A DNA stretch of 64,000 nucleotides from Candidatus Cloacimonadales bacterium (GTDB taxonomy: Bacteria; Cloacimonadota; Cloacimonadia; Cloacimonadales; JAFGVF01): NCBI GenBank assembly GCA_963677495.2, contig CAXXOU010000004.1:640001-704000 (forward strand), given 5' to 3'. Of the stretch, positions 11,201 through 21,720 are shown piece by piece. The translations under genes and the position numbers were made by a program. Below the pieces are notes generated by a model that was not told the origin of the DNA, did no database searches, and saw nothing but the letters and a program-made list of their open reading frames with translations. Position 1 is the first letter of the stretch. Each line of letters starts with the position of its first letter.

Positions 11201-13683
11201 TTTGGATAAGTTCAAATGGATTTATCTCTTTCCTTGAAACTGAATGTGCAGATTGGAGAAATAATGTACTATTCGGAGCGATGACTCAGAATGGTATTGT
11301 AGCGCCATTCTGGGATGATTTAGCTACAACTGATAACAACTCTGTTACAACTTATTATGATGCTAATTTAAGTGCGCTAATCATTGAATGGGATGTTGAA
11401 CATGGATCTTCTTCATTACCGCAAAGATTCCAGGTGTTAATGTATCATCCAGATGCAAACCCTACATCTACCGGTGATGGAATGATTAAAATACAATACC
11501 ACACATTTAGTAACAATAATGATACAAACAATTGTACAGTAGGGATTAAAGATCATACCGGAACTAAAGGTTTACAATATTCATTTGATAATCAGTATCC
11601 TAATGGAGCTAATCAAATCAATGCTGGAGACGCATTGCTGATAACCGGTTCTCCTATTTCTTTAGAAGAACCTTTCCTCGTTCTAGGTGACACAGTAATA
11701 CATGATCAGAACAATAATCATATAGTTGAACCTGGAGAGGAAATTAACCTTGGTGTAAACATTGTTAATATGGGTTCTGCTCCAGCAGAGAATGTTGAGA
11801 TTAGTGTAACATGTGAAAGCCCATATGTTTCTGTAACTCAAAATAGTTCAACTTATGATATAATACCCGGTGAGGGGAATATGTTTGGTGATCAATATAT
11901 TACTCTGTCAATTGCAGAGAGTGCACCGGACAATCATGAAATCATTTTAACAGTTAATATAAATTCACCTTCGAACGAATGGACAAGAGTAACCTCCTTG
12001 AGTGTTGTTTCTAACAAACTTAGATACTTAAATGCTCAATTTAACGATCAAGTTTTTGGTAATGGAGACAAAGTAGTTCAGGCAGGAGAAACATTCTTCT
12101 TATGTGTAAATCTTGAAAATCCGGAAGTAGTAGCTACAAGAGATGTGCAAGTAGGTTTAAGTAGTTCATATCCGGGAGTTGTTATTGTGGAAGATCAACT
12201 TAGCATCGGTGATATAGCTCCTGAAAGTGCATTACAGTGCTACTTCGAGATAACTATGCCTGATGGAATAGCTGATATGACGTTTGTTCCATTTGAGATA
12301 ACATATTTCGCAACCGGTATAGATATCGGAACTGCAGGTATGACAATTGGTATTGGACTTGCTGACTTTGATTTAGATTTTGAACAATCTAATGGTGGTC
12401 TTACCCAGCAGGGAGGTTGGCAATGGGGATTCGATACAATCATGGGAGCACACTCAGGAACAAGAGTATGGGGTACATATTTAAGTGGTAACTATCCGGT
12501 TAACCATGATGCGTATTTGTATACTCCAATATTACCTTTAAGTGATAATGCTGAACTGAGATTCTGGCACAAATATGAGTATGATAATCACTACGATGGA
12601 GGTAATATCCAAATCTCAACAGACTCAGGAGCTACTTGGCAAATAATAACTCCAGTTTCAGGATATGATGATGGAGCAGTTGTATCATTAGATAATCAAC
12701 CTGGATTCACGGGAATAAGTGGAGCTTGGGAAGAAGTAGTAATCGATCTTTCTGATTATGCAAATATGAATGTTCAATTCCAATGGTATTCTGCAAGTGA
12801 TTATCATGTAAATGACAATGGATGGTATATTGATGATGTAACAATAGTTGGATTCATTGGTGGTACAGGTTATATAAGTGGTAACATAGCTTTATCTGGA
12901 GATGAAGATATAACTGATGTGTGTGTCTCGAATGGGGAAGTGGCAGTACATCCGGATGAGAACGGTGATTACTATATCTTCCAAAAGGATGGTAATTACG
13001 ATATACATGCTTATACAAACCATTATTCAGAGGGTTTTGCAAATAGAATCATGCTTAATGAAACGAATCAAAGTAATGATGATATTGATTTTGCATTGCA
13101 GCGTTTAAATGAACCAACTGATTTAAGTTGCGTTCAGGATGACTACAATCTCAATCTTACTTGGAATGCACCGGATATGACAGATTTAACGTTTTTAAAC
13201 TACAATATCTATAAGAGTATTGATTCAGCTCCTTATGCATTGATTGGAAGTTCTGAACAACTTGCTTATGCTGATACATTAAGCTACTCAGGAACTTACA
13301 AGTACTATGTTACAGCAATGTATTCTGAGGGAGAAGGATTTGAGTCAGACATAATCTCATTTATTCCTGATATGACTGATATTGATGATGAATCAGTTCC
13401 TGTTTTTGAAACCGAACTGATTGGAAACTATCCTAATCCTTTTAATCCAACTACTACTATCTGTTTCGCTTTAAAACAACCACAACAAACATCTATTAAG
13501 GTTTATAACATTAAGGGACAGCTAGTGAAAACACTATTTAATGATAATCTAAGTACTGGTAATCATACTATTGTATGGGATGGAACTGATAGTGATGGAA
13601 GAGGAATGGCAACAGGTATTTACTTCTTTAGGATGGAATGCGAAGATTATTGTAAGACAATAAAATCATTATTGATAAAGTAA
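8293..13683 (+). CDS. Secreted C25-family (gingipain-like) peptidase with propeptide, Ig-like, M6-like and FN3 domains and a C-terminal sorting domain
   Basis: Signal peptide, GKPELP propeptide motif, YLIIIGD, IFVGRMS, NLMGDP, C-terminal NYPNPFNP...WDGTD..G...GIYF. GGGAG SD precedes ATG 8293. Confidence 0.88.
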   Translation: MIRRGLLLILCLVLSTIAIADNNQIARIFNTDEVDNDYIDMTLTLPCYSIDTIEEAGTTFKQIRFDNSAYFLDLGKPELPYFSSFIAVPDGSSINSIEILSYDAKQLNGVIAYPAQDYEKPEETEFHFDSEFYNSNKSYPYQESMIGESATLRDLYLCNFSVAPIFYDPLKEELEIRDNMKIRVHLNNSRELLSDGNTYSSSFEKIYEAYVDNFDMIRHDLERIVSKRILIIHKQVLDASFNDKVTEFAEWKMKRGFQVDTFDTSVTGTGNTSIKNFIQGRYDNIDTRPDYLIIIGDVGGTLGVPTFTESISGYGGCGDHPYTHLEGIDTIGDIFVGRMSAENTNQFLTLANKVFYYERDMPLAVTDWYDKMLLVGDTEPSGQSCVYVNEYIQANSRRVNPNYSYTELYGGNPSPSSMNTAISQGVGVYNYRGYIGMSNWHPNASSLNNGDRLCHSTILTCSTGTFSSTSTTEEFIRLGSPTLPKGALTAIGMATPGTHTHFNNALASGIWNGILNFGMRDLGSGLLAGELNLYNQYNNSNPSQVEYFSHWCNLMGDPTVTMYLTVPKQFDVTIPSIIPSNTALVPVHVHDEMLSPMEDAIVTAYQSGTLHYITRTDANGVAYIDLPIDMTGTVEVTVSADNYKSSMHDLIIDSAGGIIYARSVLSETVGNDNGLANAGETLDVSVALYNSSASPINNVTATLTSTTDYITVNQNSVDYGTIVNGNNSTGNAAFNISINNACPDAFVAYLNLSINSDNGSTYTIFAVPVQNGDLDFTSVSVIDSANGILDPGDTAELLISITNDGEQDISSVEVELTSLNALVVVEDMNASIGDIPVGTTMSNANDQLVIRARSNLLPGMVIPFQLNCFNADGYQENIRFDVEVGSVTESDPFGPDEYGYFIYHSDDVTYPDCPSYEWIEISPEYGGSGTSLGLDDPSSWTEGDAVGAVSILPYDLPFDFTFYGETYDRIWISSNGFISFLETECADWRNNVLFGAMTQNGIVAPFWDDLATTDNNSVTTYYDANLSALIIEWDVEHGSSSLPQRFQVLMYHPDANPTSTGDGMIKIQYHTFSNNNDTNNCTVGIKDHTGTKGLQYSFDNQYPNGANQINAGDALLITGSPISLEEPFLVLGDTVIHDQNNNHIVEPGEEINLGVNIVNMGSAPAENVEISVTCESPYVSVTQNSSTYDIIPGEGNMFGDQYITLSIAESAPDNHEIILTVNINSPSNEWTRVTSLSVVSNKLRYLNAQFNDQVFGNGDKVVQAGETFFLCVNLENPEVVATRDVQVGLSSSYPGVVIVEDQLSIGDIAPESALQCYFEITMPDGIADMTFVPFEITYFATGIDIGTAGMTIGIGLADFDLDFEQSNGGLTQQGGWQWGFDTIMGAHSGTRVWGTYLSGNYPVNHDAYLYTPILPLSDNAELRFWHKYEYDNHYDGGNIQISTDSGATWQIITPVSGYDDGAVVSLDNQPGFTGISGAWEEVVIDLSDYANMNVQFQWYSASDYHVNDNGWYIDDVTIVGFIGGTGYISGNIALSGDEDITDVCVSNGEVAVHPDENGDYYIFQKDGNYDIHAYTNHYSEGFANRIMLNETNQSNDDIDFALQRLNEPTDLSCVQDDYNLNLTWNAPDMTDLTFLNYNIYKSIDSAPYALIGSSEQLAYADTLSYSGTYKYYVTAMYSEGEGFESDIISFIPDMTDIDDESVPVFETELIGNYPNPFNPTTTICFALKQPQQTSIKVYNIKGQLVKTLFNDNLSTGNHTIVWDGTDSDGRGMATGIYFFRMECEDYCKTIKSLLIK

Positions 13684-13699
13684 TCCTTTAGTTATCATT

Positions 13700-13729
13700 A
13701 AGCCCTTTCGTATGAAAGGGCTTTATTTT
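13700..13729 (+). terminator. Intrinsic terminator of the C25 gene
   Basis: AAGCCCTTTC-GTAT-GAAAGGGCTT followed by TATTTT. Confidence 0.75.
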
Positions 13730-13949
13730 ATGAGAAGGATTCATCGTTCTAACTGATTTATCTATAATAAAATAAAAAAATGTTGACCTTAAAGAAGATT
13801 GCAGTAATATTTGTGACATTGAATCCAGTATGAATAAACAATGAATAAATGGTGGCTATATGTTAATCAAATATTTAATCTTTAAACGCTGCTTGATAAA
13901 GGCGTATTTACAGTTTCGACGAAAGTATCTGTGGAGGATATATATGTCA

Positions 13950-13980
13950 GAGGGTGGTTAATAAAACCACCCTTCTTTCT
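13950..13980. terminator. Terminator-like hairpin at the end of bcp, possibly bidirectional
   Basis: AGGGTGGTT-AATAA-AACCACCCT with a pyrimidine tail on the + strand. Confidence 0.6.
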
Positions 13981-14448
13981 TTATACTAGTTTTTTGATAA
14001 TCTTCAATATTCGCTCAGCATGCCCTTTTGCACGCACGTTGTAAAGACACTCCACCAATTCTCCGTCAGGGTTAATGATGAAAGTACTTCTAATAACTCC
14101 CATCTTCTTTTTACCATACATCATTTTCTCTCCCCAAGTACCGAATAAGTTGTGAACAATCATATCAGGATCACTTAAAAGCTCAATCTTTAAGTCTTGC
14201 TTAGATATGAAGTTGCTATGACTTTTAATTGAGTCTTTACTCACTCCGATTATCTGCACTCCCAAGTCACTAAACTCATTCAATAAACATGTGAAATCTT
14301 TAGCTTCAACAGTACAACCCGGGGTGTTATCTTTCGGATAAAAGTATAATACTGTCCACTTGCCTAAGATATCCTTATCACTAATTTTCACATCTTTACT
14401 ATTCTTGATTTCAAAGCTAGGAATTTTAGCCCCTTTCTCTAAACGCAT
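13981..14448 (-). CDS. bcp: Peroxiredoxin, BCP/PrxQ type
   Basis: YFYPKDNTPGCTVEA active-site motif and RSTFII. Confidence 0.93.
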   Translation of the reverse strand: MRLEKGAKIPSFEIKNSKDVKISDKDILGKWTVLYFYPKDNTPGCTVEAKDFTCLLNEFSDLGVQIIGVSKDSIKSHSNFISKQDLKIELLSDPDMIVHNLFGTWGEKMMYGKKKMGVIRSTFIINPDGELVECLYNVRAKGHAERILKIIKKLV

Positions 14449-14486
14449 AAATCCTCCATTTTTTTATTATAAACTAAGCCAGGATT

Positions 14487-14516
14487 AAAAAAAAGGCTAC
14501 AACAAGTGTAGCCTTT
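14487..14516 (-). terminator. Intrinsic terminator of the C10 peptidase gene
   Basis: AAAGGCTACA...TGTAGCCTTT with an A-run on + (U-tail on -). Confidence 0.7.
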
Positions 14517-14533
14517 CATCTATAATATTGCAA

Positions 14534-17278
14534 TTATTTCATTAGTAATGATTTCTTTACTTTAGAGTCACCATTAGCATCTAACTTGAAGAAGTAGACA
14601 CCAGAGCCAACTGTTGAACCATTCTTATCTGTTCCATCCCACATTATTGTGTGTTCACCTTTGTTCATTGTTTTATTAATCAGAGTGTTAACTTTACGTC
14701 CTCTAATATCATAAACTGAAAGTGTTGCATGACCACTAGCCGGCATACTAAACTGAACATTAGTTGTAGGGTTGAAAGGATTAGGATAGTTGTTAAGAGT
14801 GAGTTGTTTCTCGATAACCTGATTCTGATCATTATTGTCAGTCGTTGTGCTAAGCACAGAAGTTATCATCAAGTTACCATCAGCATAATTTTCCCAGGCA
14901 GAGCTGTTACTTACTTTGACGATTGTATTACCATTCTGACTTGTATCAACACCAATTGCTGAGCTATTCACGGTAAATACAACGGCAATGTAATAATTGC
15001 CATCAACAACTAAGTCTTCACCTGATAAATCAGCTGTGTGCCAACCATCAGTTATATTGTTTCTAAATACCTGCTGTGAGAGCATATTGCCTGGTTCTCC
15101 ATCAACTTCATCAAAAACACGTAGGATAACCGGATTAGTATCAGCTGTCTCGATATTAAAGCGGATGAAGTCGATATTAGCTTCTTCACTATTTTCGAAA
15201 TGTACAGCTGCCATTCCACCTGCATTATAAACTATTCCTGATTCTGCTGAGTTATCTACATATCCAAAGTTTTCGTAGTCGTTTCCAAAGACGAAAGCTT
15301 CCGCATTTTGGGTGTGGTCAGATTCTCCTGCTAAATAACCTGCAGTAACAGTATAATGATGTAAACCCGGAGTTGGATTAGCATTTGAGTAAGTAGTTAA
15401 ATATCTATCATAAATGGTATCAACAAGTACACCATTATCGAAAACATTATAGCCTAAAAGAGATGAATTAGCAAGTCCCGGATGTGTCCAGCTAAGAGTA
15501 ATCTGTTCGTTCTCATCAACAGCTGATTCTAAACTCATGGCAGGATAAATTGTTGTATCATCAGCAAAGAAATCAAGTATGTTTTGAATGAACTGTGCTT
15601 TGTTAGCATTGTCTCCAAATCTACTCATTGAGTATGACATTACAACACTTTTCTGACCATAAATACCAACGTTCTGAACAGCAACAACACCATATCCATC
15701 TTCTGTAAAGACCGGTTGTCCGTCACCAACTTCATAATGGTCTATTGTCTCAAGATTAGTTTGGTAAGTTTGGTCGAACGATAAGTTCATACCTACTGAG
15801 AAAGGATGACCTTGTAAATCATTAATATCGTTGTAAGCACCATCATTAACACCATCAATACCTAATAGAGTCATTAAGGCACTATTTGAGCTTTGATCAA
15901 CACCTAGTACGTCAGCACCCTCAATGTATACGTTCCCACCATCTTCAAGATAGTTTCTGATTACGGCAGCCATTGGATCTGTAAGTTCTGAGTACTCAGC
16001 TTGTGAGTTACCAAAGTTTAAGAATACAGCATCATAACCCTGGAAAGAATATGGGAATTCATCCGTATTATTTGCTTCGATACCTTCAGAACTAACAGCA
16101 ACGTAGAATTCACTACCGCTGCAATCCGCTGAATTCATTCCATCCCAGATAAGAACACCTTCATTTGGCTGATAGCCTTGAGGTACAATACCAATTACAG
16201 CTGCTTGGCCTGCATTAAAGTTTCCTTGTGGATTTAAATTGGTTACTAAATAATATCCATTCCCGGAACCTGACCAACCAAAGTCAAAGTGAAAATAATC
16301 ATCATCCTGATATCCATCAAGAACAAAGGCATGACCGCCACCACCATCATCTCCACTACCTGAATAATATATTACTCGATCATTATCAAGTTCATTCCTT
16401 AACAGGTTATTCCATGCAGCAACTGAGTAATCACTTCTTGATACATATGTAGTTGTATTAGCATAACCGAAATAATTTCTCATTGCAGCTGGTACATCAT
16501 AGGAATATGCACCGGAGCCATCTGCTGCATACATCATATCAACAGAGACACCACAATCATATATAAGTTTTGCAATTTGATCATACTCTGAACCTGCTTG
16601 GAAAGGCATCTGCCACCAGTCATATTCAGAGTCGTCAAAGTTCACGCTTTGATATCCATACCCATAGGCATAATAGCCATGATTACCGGTTCCTCCTGCT
16701 GGATAGTTCCAATATCTCATGCATTGAGCCATTGCAGTAGCAACACAACCTGCATATACTCTACCACCCGGTCCGGCTGAGTCTTCAGGGCACAAGGCAT
16801 TGTATGGCCAGTCCTGATTCCATCTACATGGAAGAAGAGGAGAAACTTCTCTGTCTGTTCTATTGTAACTATGATTGTCAATGTCTTGCCACATTTGCCT
16901 TGTTTCAGTTGCAGATAAATCATTTTCTATAACTGAAAGAGCTTCATTGCTATAGGTGTTTAACCAATATTGCAAACCCGGATTATCGCTGTCAGGGCTG
17001 ATATTACCCTCATCTGACCAAGCTAACACAGGTTGGCATCTGTCGTCAGAAGTAGCAATGACAAAGCCGTTATTCTGGTAATTAATTAAGTATAGAGTTA
17101 ATGTATTGTTATTGTACACTTTGTGTACACTTTCTAGAGAGGATGTATCTACACGGTTTGATGTCTGCAAATCCATCCATTTCCCGGCAACTGAAACAAC
17201 TTTTGATTCAGGTACAGAGATTGCACTTATAATGCTGAGAGACAGCATTATACTCATCAAGATTAAAAATCTCTTCAT
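14534..17278 (-). CDS. Secreted C10-family (streptopain-like) cysteine peptidase with inhibitor prodomain and C-terminal sorting domain
   Basis: WNQ..PYN, GCVATAMAQ (catalytic Cys), GHAFVLDGY (His), HFDFGWSG, and the NYPNPFNP C-terminal domain. Confidence 0.92.
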   Translation of the reverse strand: MKRFLILMSIMLSLSIISAISVPESKVVSVAGKWMDLQTSNRVDTSSLESVHKVYNNNTLTLYLINYQNNGFVIATSDDRCQPVLAWSDEGNISPDSDNPGLQYWLNTYSNEALSVIENDLSATETRQMWQDIDNHSYNRTDREVSPLLPCRWNQDWPYNALCPEDSAGPGGRVYAGCVATAMAQCMRYWNYPAGGTGNHGYYAYGYGYQSVNFDDSEYDWWQMPFQAGSEYDQIAKLIYDCGVSVDMMYAADGSGAYSYDVPAAMRNYFGYANTTTYVSRSDYSVAAWNNLLRNELDNDRVIYYSGSGDDGGGGHAFVLDGYQDDDYFHFDFGWSGSGNGYYLVTNLNPQGNFNAGQAAVIGIVPQGYQPNEGVLIWDGMNSADCSGSEFYVAVSSEGIEANNTDEFPYSFQGYDAVFLNFGNSQAEYSELTDPMAAVIRNYLEDGGNVYIEGADVLGVDQSSNSALMTLLGIDGVNDGAYNDINDLQGHPFSVGMNLSFDQTYQTNLETIDHYEVGDGQPVFTEDGYGVVAVQNVGIYGQKSVVMSYSMSRFGDNANKAQFIQNILDFFADDTTIYPAMSLESAVDENEQITLSWTHPGLANSSLLGYNVFDNGVLVDTIYDRYLTTYSNANPTPGLHHYTVTAGYLAGESDHTQNAEAFVFGNDYENFGYVDNSAESGIVYNAGGMAAVHFENSEEANIDFIRFNIETADTNPVILRVFDEVDGEPGNMLSQQVFRNNITDGWHTADLSGEDLVVDGNYYIAVVFTVNSSAIGVDTSQNGNTIVKVSNSSAWENYADGNLMITSVLSTTTDNNDQNQVIEKQLTLNNYPNPFNPTTNVQFSMPASGHATLSVYDIRGRKVNTLINKTMNKGEHTIMWDGTDKNGSTVGSGVYFFKLDANGDSKVKKSLLMK

Positions 17279-17411
17279 TTGTTACCTCTCATTTTTTATC
17301 CAATTTTCGCATAATCTTTTTTGTCTTATCTGTATTTTTAAGTAATTTTTCTTCCAAAGAGGACGAAAATTTCTCAATTACATAATAAAAATATATATTG
17401 GAGATGCAAAA

Positions 17412-17909
17412 ATGGCTAAAATTACATTACAAGGAAACCCTTTCAACACAATTAACGAACTACCAAAAGAAAATACTAAAGCACCCGACTTTAAACTTGT
17501 AGCAGGTGATTTAAGTGAAAAGACATTAGCAGATTTTATGGGTAAGAAAGTTATCTTGAACATCTTCCCAAGTATAGACACACCAGTCTGTGCAAACTCA
17601 GTAAGAAGATTCAATCAAGAAGCTTCTAAACTTGAAGATACAGTAGTACTATGTATCTCTAGAGATCTTCCATTTGCTCAAGCTAGATTCTGTGGAGCTG
17701 AAGGACTCGAAAATGTTATTACACTCTCCAGCATGAAGAACGAAGAGTTTGGAAATTCCTATGGTGTAAAGATTATCGATGGACCAATGGAATCGCTCTT
17801 AGCACGTTCAGTTGTTGTTATTGATGAAGAAGGAAAGGTTAAATATACTCAGTTAGTACCTGAAATAGTCGATGAACCTAACTATGAAGATGTTTTAAAA
17901 AATATCTAA
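17412..17909 (+). CDS. tpx: Thiol peroxidase Tpx
   Basis: FPSIDTPVC, ISRDLPFAQARFC, LLARSV motifs. Confidence 0.95.
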   Translation: MAKITLQGNPFNTINELPKENTKAPDFKLVAGDLSEKTLADFMGKKVILNIFPSIDTPVCANSVRRFNQEASKLEDTVVLCISRDLPFAQARFCGAEGLENVITLSSMKNEEFGNSYGVKIIDGPMESLLARSVVVIDEEGKVKYTQLVPEIVDEPNYEDVLKNI

Positions 17910-17929
17910 AGCTTTTTATTCTCATAACG

Positions 17930-17960
17930 ACCGGACTATATTTATGTAGTCCGGTTTTCT
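17930..17960 (+). terminator. Intrinsic terminator of tpx
   Basis: ACCGGACTA...TAGTCCGGT followed by TTTCT. Confidence 0.7.
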
Positions 17961-18019
17961 GTATAATAGCAAATAGGATATGCATTAAGTATCTGCTGAT
18001 GTGATTCAAAGTCGATATT

Positions 18020-19280
18020 GTTCCGTAAGGACAGAACAACTTGTGCCCTAGTTAGCTGATTATGGCTCCTGAAAATGCTTAATTAAACGTATGTTGTGGA
18101 TACACCTGAGGGCTTAAGATGTTAAGCCCCTACATGTACTACGACTCTCCAGATCGGAAATTGCTACAGCTATTTCGCTCCCATTCCTCTGCTATAATTG
18201 CTATACATTAGATATCTTAATCTTATCAAATTCGAGTCTAAAACCTGTTAAAGAATAACTACATTTCAATAGGGTTTCAATAGGTGTCTCCTATCTGAGT
18301 GTTAAAGATTGTAACAGAGCAGTGACAGTTTCATGATGTTGAGATTCCCTTAAAAGTTTTCTCATTTTATTCTGACGGATCTCTGCAAAAAGTCAGAAAT
18401 CCACCCCTACTTTGCTCCCGCCCCTCTCGGGGCTCTCTCGGGGGTAGGCGGGGTAGGTCCCCGAGTGGTCCCGGAGAGGAGCAGGGGTGGATACTTCACT
18501 TTCGGTTGACCTTGAGCAGACTTATTTCTGCCGATTTGCCCTTGAGCAATAAAAACAGAGCGGAAATATATCACTCATAATCAGCTTACTAAATTCTCAC
18601 TTCTCAAGTGGGTATTATGTGAGTGTTGAGTGGGGATTGAGTGAGTGATGAGTGAGAATTGCTCATGGGCGTAACTTGGGAATAAAGAGAATATGCCACA
18701 GATTTCTCAGATTATAAAGACTTGAAAACTATGATTTGGTATAGATCAATTTACACACTTTTTAGAATACTCCCCAGATTATCTCAGATATATGTATTTC
18801 GACATCGACGGTGCACGTCGAAACGTAGGACACGCTGCTAGCTTGTCCGCTTAGCAGAGCTAAGCCCCGCCACTGAAGTTAATTAGTATGATTTACTGAA
18901 GCTCTTTAGTAATTATCTTCAGGTTCAGTCTCGTAAAATACAGCTCTGTCGAGCTGTGGGCAAGCAGGCTGCATGCCCTACGTGACAGCCCTGAATGGGC
19001 TGAATATGAATAGCCCCGGGTTTTATGAACCCGGGGTCAAGTATCTCAAAAAACATTTAGAACCCTGAAGGGGTTCAACGATTCCTTGACAAAGAAAATG
19101 ATGCTTCTTAAATAAAGACATAACCAAAGGGTAGACCTACGGGTTTGCCCTTTTTCCTAATTTCCCTTTTGGCCTATCGGGGCGAAGCCTTTGGCGAAGA
19201 CCGAAGGGGTGCCATTGTAAACGGCGGGGTGGTAAAGTAACCCCTCACCTTAATCCTCTCCCCAAAGGGGCGAGGAGACA
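18020..19280. repeat. Intergenic mosaic of palindromic/REP-like modules and 11-nt-phased arrays
   Basis: No ORF of 60 aa or more. Contains GTAG/GTAA-footed hairpin pairs (18024-18134, 18824-18982), phased arrays (18400-18490, 18592-18660) and a TAGC three-hairpin module (18986-19078). Confidence 0.7.
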
Positions 19281-19296
19281 AAATAAAGCAGGTACT

Positions 19297-21720
19297 ATGC
19301 ATCGAGTAAACTTAGTATTATTAATACTTCTATCTTTCTCAGGTTTGACAGCGAATACTCATGAAGTCTCTTTAGATGGAACTCTACCTTACCTATCAAT
19401 CCAAGATGCAATTAATTCTTCTTCAAATAGTGATACGATTCTTGTGCATCCGGGTAGATACTTTGAGAACATAGATTTTGTTGGAAAGAGCATTACAGTT
19501 TGCAGTGAATATGTAAGTAACCCTAACTGGGATATTGTAGAATCTACCATTATTGATGGTAATGAGCAATCAAGCTGTGTAGTAGTAATTAATGGTGAGC
19601 TGAATGCAGTTCTAAATGGTTTCACAGTTACAAATGGGATTGGATATGGTAATTCAAGATATGGTGGAGGAGTTTATGTAAACTTTGATAGTAATCTAAA
19701 TCTTGAAAACTGCCTTGTTGAAGATAATCATGCTATCAATTGTGGTGGTGTATTGACAGGACAAAACAGTTTAACTTCAATAACTGGTTGTGTTATTAGG
19801 AATAACTCAAGTGTTTATATCGGTGGAGGTGTTGGAGTTTACACAGGTACTCTAAATTTAAGCCTAACCAATCTGAATAGAATTTACAATAATTATGGTG
19901 ATGTGCAAGATATTTTCATTTATAATTCTCAATCTACTAACATTGTTCTTGATACACTCAGTGTTAATCTTACTGAACCTGACGGTTTCTTTGTTTCCTA
20001 TTTTCATGAAGATGGATTACCTGCTCCAGAAATATCAGTTCAAAATAACTATTTCGATCAGTTTGATTCAGACCTATATGTATCACCAACCGGTGATGAC
20101 AGTAATAACGGTCTTACACCGGAAACACCATTACAAACAATTGCGTATGCTAACAGAATAATCCAGCCTGATAGTTTGAATCCTAATACTGTTTATCTAT
20201 TACCGGGAACATATAGTTCGGAGTTAAACAATCAGTTTTTCCCAATAGCTTTGCAATCTCATACAAAGATGTTGGGTGGTGGAGATTTACCTGATGAAGT
20301 TATTATTGGGAGCGTTGGAGAAGAGAGTAAAATAGGAATTTCAAATGCAACCAATGTTGAAGTCGGAAATTTTACTATCAGTCATGCTAATGAAAACGTT
20401 GAAGCTGTTTTACTTGTGAGTAGGAGTTGTAATGTATTTATTCATGATGTAGAATCTATCAATAATTACTCTGAATATCCAGGTTTACTAATTTTGTATA
20501 GTAATAACATAATTTTTAATAATATATCGATAAATAGTGTCGATCATGATTTACATAGGATATCTTGTATCAAAACATACGAGTGTGAAAATACGATTTT
20601 TAATAATACTATCATTAATAGTATTTCCAACATTATTGAAGATGGCTCTACTGTGTTAGTAAGATTCTCGAGGAGTAAAGTGTCCATAAATAACATGCTA
20701 ATAACAAATGTGATAATTGAAGATACTGGAGTTGTTTTTTCATATGGGAACTCTGTTGAAAGCAATGTAGTGGGTAATCTTGAACTATATAATTTCTTAG
20801 CATATAACAATACATCTTTGTCAAACTCAATGCCGATGTTTAACTTCTCTACCTACCATGAAGAGTGCTATATTAATAATATGACAATTGCTCATAATAC
20901 CGGACCGACAGCCATAACAAGATTCGGTGGGGATTATACTATAAGAAACAGTATCATATATAATCCTAACAGTGCATATGAGATGGGTGTATGGGTACCA
21001 GCTGATGGAGACCCAACACCTAATTGGTCGAATATTGATATTGACTATAGTCTTGTAAGAAATGGGTTAGCTTCTATACCTGGTGCAGATAATCCTAATA
21101 ATAATGTATTGTGGGGAGTAAATAATATTGATGTGAATCCATTGTTCCGAGGAGATATGGAAGGTGATATCCCTGTTGGAGACCCGAGATGGGTGCAACT
21201 GACAGAGAACTCACCATGCGTGAATGCAGGAACACCTGATACACTTGGTATGAACTTACCTTCCATAGATATTACAGGTAATCCTAGAGTATGGGACAAT
21301 ATTATTGATATGGGAGCACATGAGTATAACCCTACAGTTGATAATAGTTATGAAACAGCACCAACCCCACCTGCGACAATACAAGTATCTCATTTCCCTA
21401 ATCCGGTGACACCGAATGGCAGTAATGATAAGGTAGCATTTATTGAGTTCACACTTCCAAAGAAACCGATAGAAAAACCAACACTTGAGATATACAATAT
21501 CAAAGGTCAGAAGGTTAGGGATTTGAAGATAACTCAGAGTTTCTCACAGCTTGTTAGAAGTGCAGGCCTTTCCACTGAAGAGAAGCAGTCGGGTGAGAAG
21601 TATTCGCAAATGTGGGATTGTAGGGATAATAATCGGAAGACTGTGGCGACAGGGATCTACTTCTATAAGGTTAGTAGTGAGGGGGAAGAAGCAATAGGGA
21701 AGATGATGATTATGAAGTAG
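19297..21720 (+). CDS. Secreted parallel beta-helix (pectin-lyase-like/DUF1565-like) protein with C-terminal sorting domain
   Basis: SIQDAI...DTILVHPGRY, GGG-N repeats, LYVSPTGDDSNNG...PLQTIAYA, SPCVNAG...DMGAHEY, and FPNP...WDCRD...TGIYF. Confidence 0.75.
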   Translation: MHRVNLVLLILLSFSGLTANTHEVSLDGTLPYLSIQDAINSSSNSDTILVHPGRYFENIDFVGKSITVCSEYVSNPNWDIVESTIIDGNEQSSCVVVINGELNAVLNGFTVTNGIGYGNSRYGGGVYVNFDSNLNLENCLVEDNHAINCGGVLTGQNSLTSITGCVIRNNSSVYIGGGVGVYTGTLNLSLTNLNRIYNNYGDVQDIFIYNSQSTNIVLDTLSVNLTEPDGFFVSYFHEDGLPAPEISVQNNYFDQFDSDLYVSPTGDDSNNGLTPETPLQTIAYANRIIQPDSLNPNTVYLLPGTYSSELNNQFFPIALQSHTKMLGGGDLPDEVIIGSVGEESKIGISNATNVEVGNFTISHANENVEAVLLVSRSCNVFIHDVESINNYSEYPGLLILYSNNIIFNNISINSVDHDLHRISCIKTYECENTIFNNTIINSISNIIEDGSTVLVRFSRSKVSINNMLITNVIIEDTGVVFSYGNSVESNVVGNLELYNFLAYNNTSLSNSMPMFNFSTYHEECYINNMTIAHNTGPTAITRFGGDYTIRNSIIYNPNSAYEMGVWVPADGDPTPNWSNIDIDYSLVRNGLASIPGADNPNNNVLWGVNNIDVNPLFRGDMEGDIPVGDPRWVQLTENSPCVNAGTPDTLGMNLPSIDITGNPRVWDNIIDMGAHEYNPTVDNSYETAPTPPATIQVSHFPNPVTPNGSNDKVAFIEFTLPKKPIEKPTLEIYNIKGQKVRDLKITQSFSQLVRSAGLSTEEKQSGEKYSQMWDCRDNNRKTVATGIYFYKVSSEGEEAIGKMMIMK

